A model generated the notes under the pieces. It saw only the letters and a program-made list of their open reading frames with translations. It did no database searches and was not told the DNA's origin. A program made the translations under genes and the position numbers. Source: an uncultured delta proteobacterium (GTDB taxonomy: Bacteria > Desulfobacterota > Binatia > UBA9968). From it: DNA of 64,000 nt. The DNA lies in assembly GCA_963745835.1 (NCBI GenBank), contig CAVUZH010000001.1:1-64000 (forward strand), given 5' to 3'. Below are positions 9,673 through 18,223 of the stretch, in pieces (position 1 is the first letter of the stretch; every line of letters starts with the position of its first letter).

Positions 9673-10311
9673 TTAGCTAACGCGGATCAAGGAGGGCTCG
9701 AGGCTCAATGCCCGCATATCTTTCAAAAAATCGCTGAACTGCCATTGCGGACCCAAAAAATTGATCCTGCGTGCGCCTTGGGCATCAATCAAGGTCGTTA
9801 AATTCGTGTGTTGCACCAACCCACGCCCTCTCCGGATCACTTGAACACCGAATCCTTTCCAGACATCTTTCAGGCGTGACTCATCGCCGGTTAAGAATGC
9901 CCAGTTTTGAAAGTCGGCGCCGAACCGTTGTGCATACGCCTTCAATACTTTCGGCGAATCAATTTCCGGGTCGGTGGTAATGCTCAAAAGAAAAGAATTC
10001 AGTTGAGTTTGGGTGCGAAGCGCTTGTTGCAGCCGGGCAAATTCCACCGTGAATAGCGGGCAAACGTCGGAGCAGGTGGTATAAATGAAATTCACCGCGA
10101 TGATTTTGCCGCGCAGTTTGATGTCGGCATCAAATGGATTACCTTCTTGATCTATCAACGTGAAAGAAGGCATCTTCGCGTTCGAGGTAACTCGACGGGA
10201 CGCTTCTGTTTTCGTCTTATCAGGCTCATGGGCTGTGACGGTGCTCGCAAACCACCCGGCAGTGAAGACGAGTAGCGTTACAAACCAGCTATTTTTTAAC
10301 TTCAAACGCAT
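9673..10311 (-). CDS. SCO/SenC-family metallochaperone (copy 1)
   Basis: YTTCSDVCP, TTDPEIDSP, QHTNLTTLID; signal peptide. Confidence 0.9.
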   Translation of the reverse strand: MRLKLKNSWFVTLLVFTAGWFASTVTAHEPDKTKTEASRRVTSNAKMPSFTLIDQEGNPFDADIKLRGKIIAVNFIYTTCSDVCPLFTVEFARLQQALRTQTQLNSFLLSITTDPEIDSPKVLKAYAQRFGADFQNWAFLTGDESRLKDVWKGFGVQVIRRGRGLVQHTNLTTLIDAQGARRINFLGPQWQFSDFLKDMRALSLEPSLIRVS

Positions 10312-11233
10312 AGGTGAGCGCCAGGTCTCGGAAGTTCTTCCGAACTGATTTTTCCAGCAGATAAGCCATCGAGAACTCTTGCTGGGTTCCCGGTTCGAGC
10401 ACCACGCGTTGGCCGAGACCGCAGTCGATCATCTCCAGATAATCGGCGGCTTGTGGCGGTTCGATCAAGTGGCGCATGGCCAGAACCACTCGTTGCCTGC
10501 CGCGATTATTAATTTTCAAGTTGACCTGAAAAGGCTCTTCCCCTCGGGTGATAATTTCTTGCTGTAAAAGTTTGATCTCAACGTCTGATCTTTCGGCCAA
10601 GACCGTATGCACTTTGACCTTCGTTCCGCCGGCCCAATCGTTAAAGATTTTCCAGGCATTTCCCTCTCGAATGAGCTCGAATGTCTCATGTCCCTGAATC
10701 CTCGGCAGATTGCCGCTTCGCTTTCGCTCAGCCAGCGCATCAAGCAATAGGGCTTGCTCCCCGGTCGAGAGTGAATTGAGCTTTTCTGAATTCCAGTCCC
10801 ATACCAGCGCCGAAACATCTTCGGACGCCGGTACAGAGTACTCGACTTTGATTTTTGACCGATCGCCCTCGGAGGATTCATCGATGAGATTCAAGTCCAT
10901 GAAATCAGCGAGTTTTCCGGCTAGCCGAGCTGTAAAGCCGGTAAACTCTCCTTGCCCTTGAACATAACTATCTTCATCGCGAACTCTTTGATCCGCCGCT
11001 GAGATATAGCCGTAAGCAGCCCGATAATCGCGCACATAAGTCGCCTTTAGATAAGAGCGGATTACCGCTAGCGGGTCGTTCGCTTCGGTTTGTTGACGCA
11101 CTCGGTCATGTAAGTGGACTGTAATTAAAGCCGTCGGAGCAAACAGGATCAATACGAGAAGAGTCTTGCGCAGTAGAGTAAGAACCGTAGGAAAGAAACG
11201 CGAAATTTGTCTTGCGTGCAATTTTGATCTCAC
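10289..11233 (-). CDS. Membrane-anchored protein: NTF2-like domain + degenerate Cox11/CtaG-like domain (paralog A)
   Basis: N-terminal TM; YVRDYRAAYGYIS; RGEEPF…INN…MRHLIEP…MIDCGLGQRVVLEPGTQ…LTYAF. Confidence 0.7.
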   Translation of the reverse strand: MRSKLHARQISRFFPTVLTLLRKTLLVLILFAPTALITVHLHDRVRQQTEANDPLAVIRSYLKATYVRDYRAAYGYISAADQRVRDEDSYVQGQGEFTGFTARLAGKLADFMDLNLIDESSEGDRSKIKVEYSVPASEDVSALVWDWNSEKLNSLSTGEQALLLDALAERKRSGNLPRIQGHETFELIREGNAWKIFNDWAGGTKVKVHTVLAERSDVEIKLLQQEIITRGEEPFQVNLKINNRGRQRVVLAMRHLIEPPQAADYLEMIDCGLGQRVVLEPGTQQEFSMAYLLEKSVRKNFRDLALTYAFEVKK

Positions 11234-11242
11234 TCGGAAAGC

Positions 11243-11683
11243 CTATTTGACGATAAAGGAGACTTGATCAATCGCGTCCAACTCGCTTTTATGATCCTCT
11301 GCAACGACACGTAGTTCCAAAATGTATTTCCCAGGCTTAATCCCGGTGAGCGTCCCTGTTTGGCTGTTGAACATTCCCATCAATTCGCCATTCACATAAG
11401 CATGCACATGGTGGCCCCGTTTTCCTTTGACTAGTTTAAACTCCAGGGGAATTTGGTCTTTGCGAAAAATCTGGTCTTTTGTCGGGGACAATATTTTCAC
11501 GCTGGCGCCATCGGCCGGCAATAGCTTGCCGCCTTGGCTGGCTCTGTCCGACTGGTTTGTCCGCCCGTCTTGATGCTGGTGACCCGACTGGGCTGCGACG
11601 GAATCATCACCAAAAAAAAGATTTGCCATAATGATGGCGCCGGCAATCAACGCTCTCAAAGTACGGTCAATTGATTGTTGCAT
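11243..11683 (-). CDS. Exported His-rich Ig-like protein (DUF4399-like)
   Basis: Signal peptide; GHQHQ, VKILSP, GHHVHAYVNGELMGM, KPGKYILEL, EDH. Confidence 0.6.
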   Translation of the reverse strand: MQQSIDRTLRALIAGAIIMANLFFGDDSVAAQSGHQHQDGRTNQSDRASQGGKLLPADGASVKILSPTKDQIFRKDQIPLEFKLVKGKRGHHVHAYVNGELMGMFNSQTGTLTGIKPGKYILELRVVAEDHKSELDAIDQVSFIVK

Positions 11684-11757
11684 TCATGCTCCCTCAGCTC
11701 ATCACTTCCCAACCTGGACAACCGCTCCAAGTTGGAGCAGCCGGTGCTCATAAAGAA

Positions 11758-12318
11758 TCATCTTCGTATACCGGCATTCATGAGCGCTGTCGATAACCGT
11801 TCCGGCGTGAGTGGGCCGATGATGATGTCGCGGATGATGCCTTGGCCGTCAATAAAAAAGGTCGCCGGCGGGCCAAAGATCCGATAGGCCCGCTTCACCT
11901 TGCTATTCAAGTCCAGCGCAATAGGAAGAGTAAGTTTAGACTCTTTAGCGTATTCTGTCACTGCGGCACGGCTGTCTTCGACGGCAATCGCAAGCACGCT
12001 GTAAACTTTGTTCCCCGATTGAGCCGCGAGTTCGTTGATAAGCGGCATCTCTTCCCGGCATGGATCGCACCAGCTAGCAAAGAAATTCATCACCAATGGC
12101 TTGCCACGGTAGCTGTCGAGGCTAATCGCCTTTCCATCGAGTGTTCGCAATTCAAAAGGAATACCCGGCATGCCGACCGTAGGCCCAACGTTTTGGACAG
12201 AAGGGTGAGCGTGCTGTGCTCGTCCGACGTCCGGCATCAGTGCAAATGCAAGAACGACTGCGCATAACCATGCTCTACCGGCACGCAGCCTCATAGCGGA
12301 TAGCTTTTTCTTGTTCAT
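11758..12318 (-). CDS. TlpA/ResA-family thiol-disulfide oxidoreductase
   Basis: NFFASWCDPCREEMP, GPPATFFID; signal peptide then QHAHP; 4-nt overlap with upstream gene. Confidence 0.92.
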   Translation of the reverse strand: MNKKKLSAMRLRAGRAWLCAVVLAFALMPDVGRAQHAHPSVQNVGPTVGMPGIPFELRTLDGKAISLDSYRGKPLVMNFFASWCDPCREEMPLINELAAQSGNKVYSVLAIAVEDSRAAVTEYAKESKLTLPIALDLNSKVKRAYRIFGPPATFFIDGQGIIRDIIIGPLTPERLSTALMNAGIRR

Positions 12319-13685
12319 CGTTCCACCGTCGCGCTTCGAAGCGCCACCCGGGAGTTCTCGCCGTCGGTTTCAGTCCAGGCAACATGCAGCCGATCTCTTA
12401 AAAGCGCCAGGACAGGACGGCTGGCGTTGCCTTCGGCGTTACTCACCTGCTGGATAGGTCCCCAAGAACGGCCATCAGGTGATAAAGTGCGAAGAAAAAT
12501 CTGCGCTCGGTTGTTGCTGTCGAGATTGCTCCAGGCCAGGTAGACTGTGTCGTCGTTGCCCAGTATTAAAGTTGAGTAGAGAATTTCCGGAGCGGTGTTT
12601 GCCTGCACTAGCCGCCGTGCTTGAAAGCTCTTACCGCCATCAGTAGAAACGCTGTAATAAATTCCTGCCTCACGTTCCGTCCGACCAAGCGTGAACCATG
12701 TCACGTGCAGCCACCCGCGAGAGTCTCGTCCGATGCTCGGACCCGAGTGCGGGCAGGAGGGAACTTGCCAGCCATCATTGCTGATCATTACAGGCGCGGC
12801 GAAGGTTTTGCCGCCATCTATCGACTTGCGCAACACATGGTTGCGAATTTGATTATCGTCTACTTGCCGATCAACTAGGTAAACTGTCTTGCCCCCATCC
12901 GCAAAAGCAACACCGAGCTTGCAACATTCGCACAGTCCTTTGCCCACCGAGTAATTCTTCGTGAGCTCTTTTCCATCCGAGTCGAGCTTCATCAGATATA
13001 GCTGGCGTGGGTTGGGATTATCTATTCGACGGTCGATCCAGGCCAGCAATACGCTACCATCGGGCGATACTTCAATGATCGGAAAACGCGCGGCATCTCC
13101 AACCTCATTGAGAGTTCGGGCCGGGCTGAAGCCGCCTTTTTCCTCTTCCATTGCGAAGCGGATGTTTGCGCGAGTTTTGTCGCCTTTTCCACCGGGGATG
13201 GACCACACGACATAAGCTTTGTTGTTCGCCCCGAATGCGACTTTGGGGCCGTTCTCTTCTTCTTGGATGGCCTCCACCGAGCGGTTCACCTGTTCGACCC
13301 AAGACCAAGTCTTGCCGCCGTCGATCGACGCCGCCAACAGCGTGTTACGCATGGGCGACGGCGCTATCCTGCCGGATTGGTGGTGTTGATGCATGGCGGA
13401 CTGAGTTTTCTGCGAGCTCGAGGTGTAGTCAGCTTCGGTCCAGATGGCGAACAATCGGCCATCCGGACTATAGCGGAGAAATGGAGTCGAAGGGTTGTTG
13501 TCGCTTTGTCCCAGGCGTTGCTCCGGGCCGAAGGCTAGAGTTACAGTGCGCCGGGAACTGCCGGGCGTGCTCCTATGACCGCTGCAAGCCGCTAAGAGTA
13601 GATACAGGGACAGCGCAAAAATCAGTGGCCCCGCCCGGAATGTCACAAAATCGATCCGAGGCGGAAAATGAGTTTTCCTGTTCAT
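12315..13685 (-). CDS. BNR/Asp-box beta-propeller lipoprotein (sialidase-fold) with CECCK and CPHSGP motifs
   Basis: Lipobox LAAC; Asp-boxes SIDGGKTW, SIDGGKTF, STDGGKSF; GGGAGG SD. Confidence 0.8.
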   Translation of the reverse strand: MNRKTHFPPRIDFVTFRAGPLIFALSLYLLLAACSGHRSTPGSSRRTVTLAFGPEQRLGQSDNNPSTPFLRYSPDGRLFAIWTEADYTSSSQKTQSAMHQHHQSGRIAPSPMRNTLLAASIDGGKTWSWVEQVNRSVEAIQEEENGPKVAFGANNKAYVVWSIPGGKGDKTRANIRFAMEEEKGGFSPARTLNEVGDAARFPIIEVSPDGSVLLAWIDRRIDNPNPRQLYLMKLDSDGKELTKNYSVGKGLCECCKLGVAFADGGKTVYLVDRQVDDNQIRNHVLRKSIDGGKTFAAPVMISNDGWQVPSCPHSGPSIGRDSRGWLHVTWFTLGRTEREAGIYYSVSTDGGKSFQARRLVQANTAPEILYSTLILGNDDTVYLAWSNLDSNNRAQIFLRTLSPDGRSWGPIQQVSNAEGNASRPVLALLRDRLHVAWTETDGENSRVALRSATVER

Positions 13686-13799
13686 TTGACCTCCCTAATT
13701 AGACGCATAGCTCCGCGGTTCCAACGCAATGCCGAGGAATTTGCGAGCTGTTGTTGCCGCGGTGAAAACTCCGGGCATTCTGCCGAGAGATAGCTAAGT

Positions 13800-14210
13800 C
13801 TAGGCTTGCGGAGGCGCTCGCTGGGAGGACGGAGAGCGGCTGACCTGGTAGGGCGCTGAAACCGGAGAATCAGTCTGGGCTTTAATCTCAGGCCCGTGAT
13901 AGGCAATTTCTAGGGGCTGATAAAAGGATAAATGCGAATTCTGCGCAACCGTTTGCGCGACGCAGTCGGATTTGCTGGAGCTTTGGCCACGATCTGAACT
14001 TGCCGGGCCGCCGTGATGATCGTGCCCGTGTTCATGACCCTCGCTAGCGGTTGCAACTGGCGCCGTTTCATGATCGCCGGCTTGCGATGATGGTAGATTC
14101 TCAAATAGGTGATGAACCCGATGCGGTGCCGAAGAGGCGAGCAGTAGAAAAAAGAAGCTGACTACGGCCAGAGTTAGGCTCCGGCTCGGATTAACGATTC
14201 TCTTTCTCAC
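13800..14210 (-). CDS. DUF2946-like His-rich leader protein with C-terminal RAPP motif
   Basis: N-terminal hydrophobic segment, PHRVHH, HEHGHDHH, single Cys, ends SSQRAPPQA*. Confidence 0.7.
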   Translation of the reverse strand: MRKRIVNPSRSLTLAVVSFFFLLLASSAPHRVHHLFENLPSSQAGDHETAPVATASEGHEHGHDHHGGPASSDRGQSSSKSDCVAQTVAQNSHLSFYQPLEIAYHGPEIKAQTDSPVSAPYQVSRSPSSQRAPPQA

Positions 14211-14446
14211 AGTCTAAACCATTTATCAGTGATACCGTGATACGGCAATGTCGAGCGACCCGCATCATTATTAAGGTTTGAGCATGGAAGATCAATCAGG
14301 CTCGGCGAAAGCACAACGTTAAGCCGCCCTTTAGACGAGCCCGCCGCGCAAACTCTAAGTGATAGCAACCATCCCGCGCTGAAGAGAGATGATGGAGAAA
14401 GCTAGCGCGGAGCGCGTTACCCTCCATATAAAACGTTCTTCTGAGA

Positions 14447-15283
14447 CTAGTCGATCCAAGAGGTCTTCGAAGGTCCTCTGCGCAGCAGCATGGTCGATTC
14501 CAAGATAATAAACAACGCGGCGGCGGTGAGCACTATGGTCGCGGCCGATGAAATGTCCAAGTAAAAACTTAGATACATGCCGACGGCGCTGCAAAATATC
14601 CCGATCAGAGGCGAGACGAACAGCAGGGTCTGAAAGCGTTTCGTGAGATAGCGGCCGATGACCGGTGGAATCACCATGGCCGCGGCAACCAAAGTGACGC
14701 CGAGGATCTGAGTCGAGGCCAGCACCGTAATTGCCAGCAAGATAACAAAGAATAAGTCGGTTCTTCCGGTGGCGATGCCATAAGCCGAGGCCACCTCGGG
14801 ATCAAAGGTCAGAAACAGCAACTGCCGGCGCATCACAATGAGCGCCACGAAAACTACGATCGAAATGGAGGCAACGATCCAGAGGTCTCTTGGAGTTATG
14901 CCGAGAATATTGCCGAAAAGGGCGGCTTCGATGTTGCGTGTGAAACTGCGGTAAGTGGATACAATGGCAACCCCCAAAGCAAAGCTGGAAGTGGTGACCA
15001 CGCCGATGGCCGCGTCAGCGCCGACCCAGCGACGATGACTAATCCGATGAATTAAAAACGCCGCTAACAGCGACCATAGACCGGCGCCAAAAAAAAAGTT
15101 GATGTTGACCACATAGCTCAATACCGCGCCGCCGAAGATAGCATGGGACAGTCCGTGGCCGATGTAACTCATGCGGCGCAACACAACGTAAACCCCGATG
15201 AAGCCACATAGCGCGCCGACCAAGACGGCTGCGATGAAACCGTTGCGAAAAAATTCGTATTCAAAGGGAGCTAAAAGGGGCAT
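14447..15283 (-). CDS. Metal ABC transporter permease (ZnuB/MntB type)
   Basis: VVLRRMSYIGHGLSH, LFGNILGI, TFDPEVA…GI; multiple TM. Confidence 0.92.
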   Translation of the reverse strand: MPLLAPFEYEFFRNGFIAAVLVGALCGFIGVYVVLRRMSYIGHGLSHAIFGGAVLSYVVNINFFFGAGLWSLLAAFLIHRISHRRWVGADAAIGVVTTSSFALGVAIVSTYRSFTRNIEAALFGNILGITPRDLWIVASISIVVFVALIVMRRQLLFLTFDPEVASAYGIATGRTDLFFVILLAITVLASTQILGVTLVAAAMVIPPVIGRYLTKRFQTLLFVSPLIGIFCSAVGMYLSFYLDISSAATIVLTAAALFIILESTMLLRRGPSKTSWID

Positions 15284-15287
15284 TGAA

Positions 15288-15362
15288 GTTCAAATCGTTC
15301 AAAAAGTTCAATTGTTCAAGCCGTGTTCGGAAATTTTGAAGGCTTGAACGGCTGAAACGGTT
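15288..15362. repeat. GTTCAA-unit intergenic repeat/imperfect palindrome
   Basis: Four GTTCAA units at 8-9 nt spacing followed by inverted TTGAA/TGAAAC units; related element at 36071-36147. Confidence 0.55.
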
Positions 15363-16223
15363 CTAAGTATGCGGCGCGTGCGGGCGCTCGCCGATCATGA
15401 CCATGCCGTCATGATGAAACACGACCATTTCGCCTCGATAAGTCTCTTTAAGCACGGCGGCATTGAAGACTCGGTGCGGACGGCCTTCGGCGATCAAGCG
15501 CCGGTTCAGACAAACGGCCCAGGGAAGGTGGGCGGCCACCCAATTCAAATCGTGGGCGGTAATGACGATGGCAACCCCGCTGTGGTTGATCTCGTGCAGG
15601 AAGTGAATCACATCGTCGCGCGAGCGAATATCGAGTCCAGCGGTGGGCTCGTCGAGCAGGATCAGCTTCGGATTGCCTAAAAGGGCGCGTCCCAGGAATA
15701 CGGCCTGTTGCTGACCTCCGGAGAGTTCTCGGATATGGCGATTGCCGAGCCCGCTAAGATTCAGCCGTGCCATGACCTCCTTGAGTTTTTGCTTTTCTTC
15801 AGCACCGGGACCGCGAAACCAGCGATTGTTATTATAAAAGCCCATGGCAATCACTTCTTCGACGGTGATGGGAAAGTTCCAATCAATGGTCTCCAACTGC
15901 GGCACATAGCCGATCCGTTCCAATGAAGCTCGTCGCAGCTTCTCGCCATGCATCAGAATCTCGCCTTGCGTTAACGGGACCATCTTCAGGATTGTTCGCA
16001 GCAGTGTGGTTTTCCCGCCGCCGTTGGGCCCGACGATCGCCATGAATTGTCCCGGCCAGATCTTGAGCGAGAGGTTTTCCAGCGCGATGGTAGACCCATA
16101 GGCACTGCTGACATCGACCAATTCAATCAATGGGACTGTACTGGACGATGGCGCAACGCGTTCCTCAACGCCTGGAGGATGAAGACTCTGCGGGTCCCCA
16201 GGCCGGTGATCGTGCGGGTTCAT
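15363..16223 (-). CDS. Metal ABC transporter ATP-binding protein (ZnuC/MntA type)
   Basis: GPNGGGKTT Walker A, YVPQ, LSGGQ signature, LLDEPT; His-containing termini. Confidence 0.93.
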   Translation of the reverse strand: MNPHDHRPGDPQSLHPPGVEERVAPSSSTVPLIELVDVSSAYGSTIALENLSLKIWPGQFMAIVGPNGGGKTTLLRTILKMVPLTQGEILMHGEKLRRASLERIGYVPQLETIDWNFPITVEEVIAMGFYNNNRWFRGPGAEEKQKLKEVMARLNLSGLGNRHIRELSGGQQQAVFLGRALLGNPKLILLDEPTAGLDIRSRDDVIHFLHEINHSGVAIVITAHDLNWVAAHLPWAVCLNRRLIAEGRPHRVFNAAVLKETYRGEMVVFHHDGMVMIGERPHAPHT

Positions 16224-16236
16224 GCGTCGACCTGTT

Positions 16237-17250
16237 CTAATCCTTCCGCCGGTAATTGGCGTGGGAGCCTGCCACGGGTGAGGGATCGACCTTCCTTAAT
16301 GCTTCGGCAGAACCTCCGAGCGCTTCAAGCATAATGGAGAGATTTTCAAGCATCATACCTGTATAGGAGTGCTGCGCATCGCCGGGCTTGCCGGGCAGTT
16401 CATCGTCCCGGAGCTTATCGATGTAGCGGGTTTTCCCTTCCCGGGCTATCTGTTCGAGAACCGGACTGGGAAAAACTTCTGATCCGAAGACGGCAGGGAC
16501 TTTTTCTTTTCTGATCTGATCGATGAGCCTTTTTACCTCCCTAGGGCTTGGATCGGAGAAATCCGACGGCTGGACAGCGCCGATAATCTGAAAGCCATAA
16601 CGGCGTGCGAAATACGGCCACGAATCATGATACGTGAGCAGGCGCCGGTTACTTTCGGGTATCGTCCTAACCGATTCCTCTATTGCGCTGTCGAGCGCCT
16701 CGAGCTTCTTCAAGAACGTAGCCGCGTTTGCTTCATAGGCGCTCTTATTGTTGAAATCGAGGCGAATCAACTCGTCGCGAATCAGAGTAGCGTAACGCAT
16801 GGCGTGCTGGGGGTTGAGCCACAGGTGCGGATTTGGATGGCCATGCTCTTTGGGGAAACTGAAATCGTAAATATATTCCTTTTCGCCGATCGTCTTCTCG
16901 CCGAGAAGAAGCAGCGCGACGCCTTTTTTCATATTCGCCCGCGTTAGATTCAGCGTCGGAATCTCGAGATCCAGCCCATTGCCGATGAGCAGGTCCGCCT
17001 GCGCAAGTAACTTGACGTCTGACGGCACCGGCTCAAACGTATGAGAATTGATTCCTTCGGGAATGATTCCGGTGAGACCAATTTTATCACCTCCGATATT
17101 CTCGACGATGCTGGTGATCGGCGCGACGGTGCTGACCACGTTTAGCCTTTCAGCCTTGATGGATTGTTTATCTTCCTGTCGGCTGCAGGCATTGATAACG
17201 CATGCTAAGACGACAACAACCAGGTAAAAGAACTTGCCTTTATATTTCAT
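16237..17250 (-). CDS. Cluster A-I metal-binding lipoprotein (ZnuA/TroA family)
   Basis: Lipobox INAC; SHTFEP, PNPHLW, YHDSW ligands. Confidence 0.92.
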   Translation of the reverse strand: MKYKGKFFYLVVVVLACVINACSRQEDKQSIKAERLNVVSTVAPITSIVENIGGDKIGLTGIIPEGINSHTFEPVPSDVKLLAQADLLIGNGLDLEIPTLNLTRANMKKGVALLLLGEKTIGEKEYIYDFSFPKEHGHPNPHLWLNPQHAMRYATLIRDELIRLDFNNKSAYEANAATFLKKLEALDSAIEESVRTIPESNRRLLTYHDSWPYFARRYGFQIIGAVQPSDFSDPSPREVKRLIDQIRKEKVPAVFGSEVFPSPVLEQIAREGKTRYIDKLRDDELPGKPGDAQHSYTGMMLENLSIMLEALGGSAEALRKVDPSPVAGSHANYRRKD

Positions 17251-17261
17251 GGGAAGCTTGT

Positions 17262-18095
17262 CTATCTCCGAAGCCGGAATCGGTAAACGTAGGTGAACTC
17301 GGCCGGGACATTCTTGCCGTCGTTCTGGGCAGGCTCGAAACGGGCCTGCTTCACTGCCTTCAGGGCCTCATCGTCGAAACCGGCGCCGCCGCTTTTGATG
17401 ATTTCTGCATCGGTTACGGTTCCTCTGCTGTCGATTGTGATTCTTAAGGTAACGTCGCTTTCTAGTCCCATGCGCAGAGCCATGGGTGGATAGGTCGCCC
17501 GAACAGTTTGCACTGGCTTGGCTTCGCGTCCGGTGCGAACCGGACTTGTCGGTGTCGGCAGACCCGATGTTCCTGAATCTCGCCCTAACCCGGAAGACGC
17601 AGTGCCACCACCTCCTGCTGATCCGGGAATGTTCCCCAACTCTCCCTTGCCGAAAAGGTTCTCCGCCCCGGCCTCGGCGCCACCAACTTCGGTCGGAGCG
17701 GTCGGATATTGTGGCACTGCATTCTTTCCCAAAGTGGTGTGAGACTGGCGCGATTCCACAGCTTCCTCTGTCGGAGGCGACGTAACTCCTAAGGGGGGAG
17801 CTTGCTCAGCGGGTGGTTTCTTGGCTACGAGCGCGTCTCTTTCGGGTTTCGGTAATTTAGGTTTAGGAGCAGCCAGCGACGGTTTCTTAACCGGGTTTGG
17901 TGTCTCTTCTCGTCGGGGGGGCGTTTCTTGCTTTACAAGGGGCAATTCAAGAAGTCCGACCGGAATCAACTCCCGATGGCGCCGAGTGCTGTCGTCGTTC
18001 TTAAACGCCGTCGGCGCCACAATCACGACGACCGCGTGGATCAGGCATGAAGCAACCAGGGAGAAAGCCAGCCTGGAATCATCTATCAAAATCAT
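17262..18095 (-). CDS. tonB: TonB energy transducer
   Basis: TM with SCLIH (SxxxH), Pro-rich spacer, C-terminal YPPMALRMG…FDDEALKAVKQARFEPA. Confidence 0.88.
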   Translation of the reverse strand: MILIDDSRLAFSLVASCLIHAVVVIVAPTAFKNDDSTRRHRELIPVGLLELPLVKQETPPRREETPNPVKKPSLAAPKPKLPKPERDALVAKKPPAEQAPPLGVTSPPTEEAVESRQSHTTLGKNAVPQYPTAPTEVGGAEAGAENLFGKGELGNIPGSAGGGGTASSGLGRDSGTSGLPTPTSPVRTGREAKPVQTVRATYPPMALRMGLESDVTLRITIDSRGTVTDAEIIKSGGAGFDDEALKAVKQARFEPAQNDGKNVPAEFTYVYRFRLRR

Positions 18096-18223
18096 AATGT
18101 AGCTTTACAGCGGGACCATGACCTCGCCGACTTTGAGAATAAGATCGATTAACCGCAACATATAAAACTTTTATTCCTTACTTGCGCGAGCGGTCGTTTT
18201 CAATGCTGACTGACGTCTCAGCC

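Noticed and set aside
12315-13685. True exo-alpha-sialidase
   Set aside because: Asp-boxes alone are not diagnostic, there is no FRIP motif or sugar-catabolism context, and the Cys/His motifs and neighbours suggest metal handling.
14229-14243. GTGATAC-C-GTGATAC direct repeat upstream of the RAPP leader as a third NikR site
   Set aside because: The half-sites resemble GTGTTAC, but there is no partner at the 13-nt spacing seen in the two good operators; unsupported.
15288-15362. CRISPR array or iteron interpretation of the GTTCAA repeats
   Set aside because: Units are 6 nt with 2-3 nt gaps, with no spacers and no cas or rep genes.
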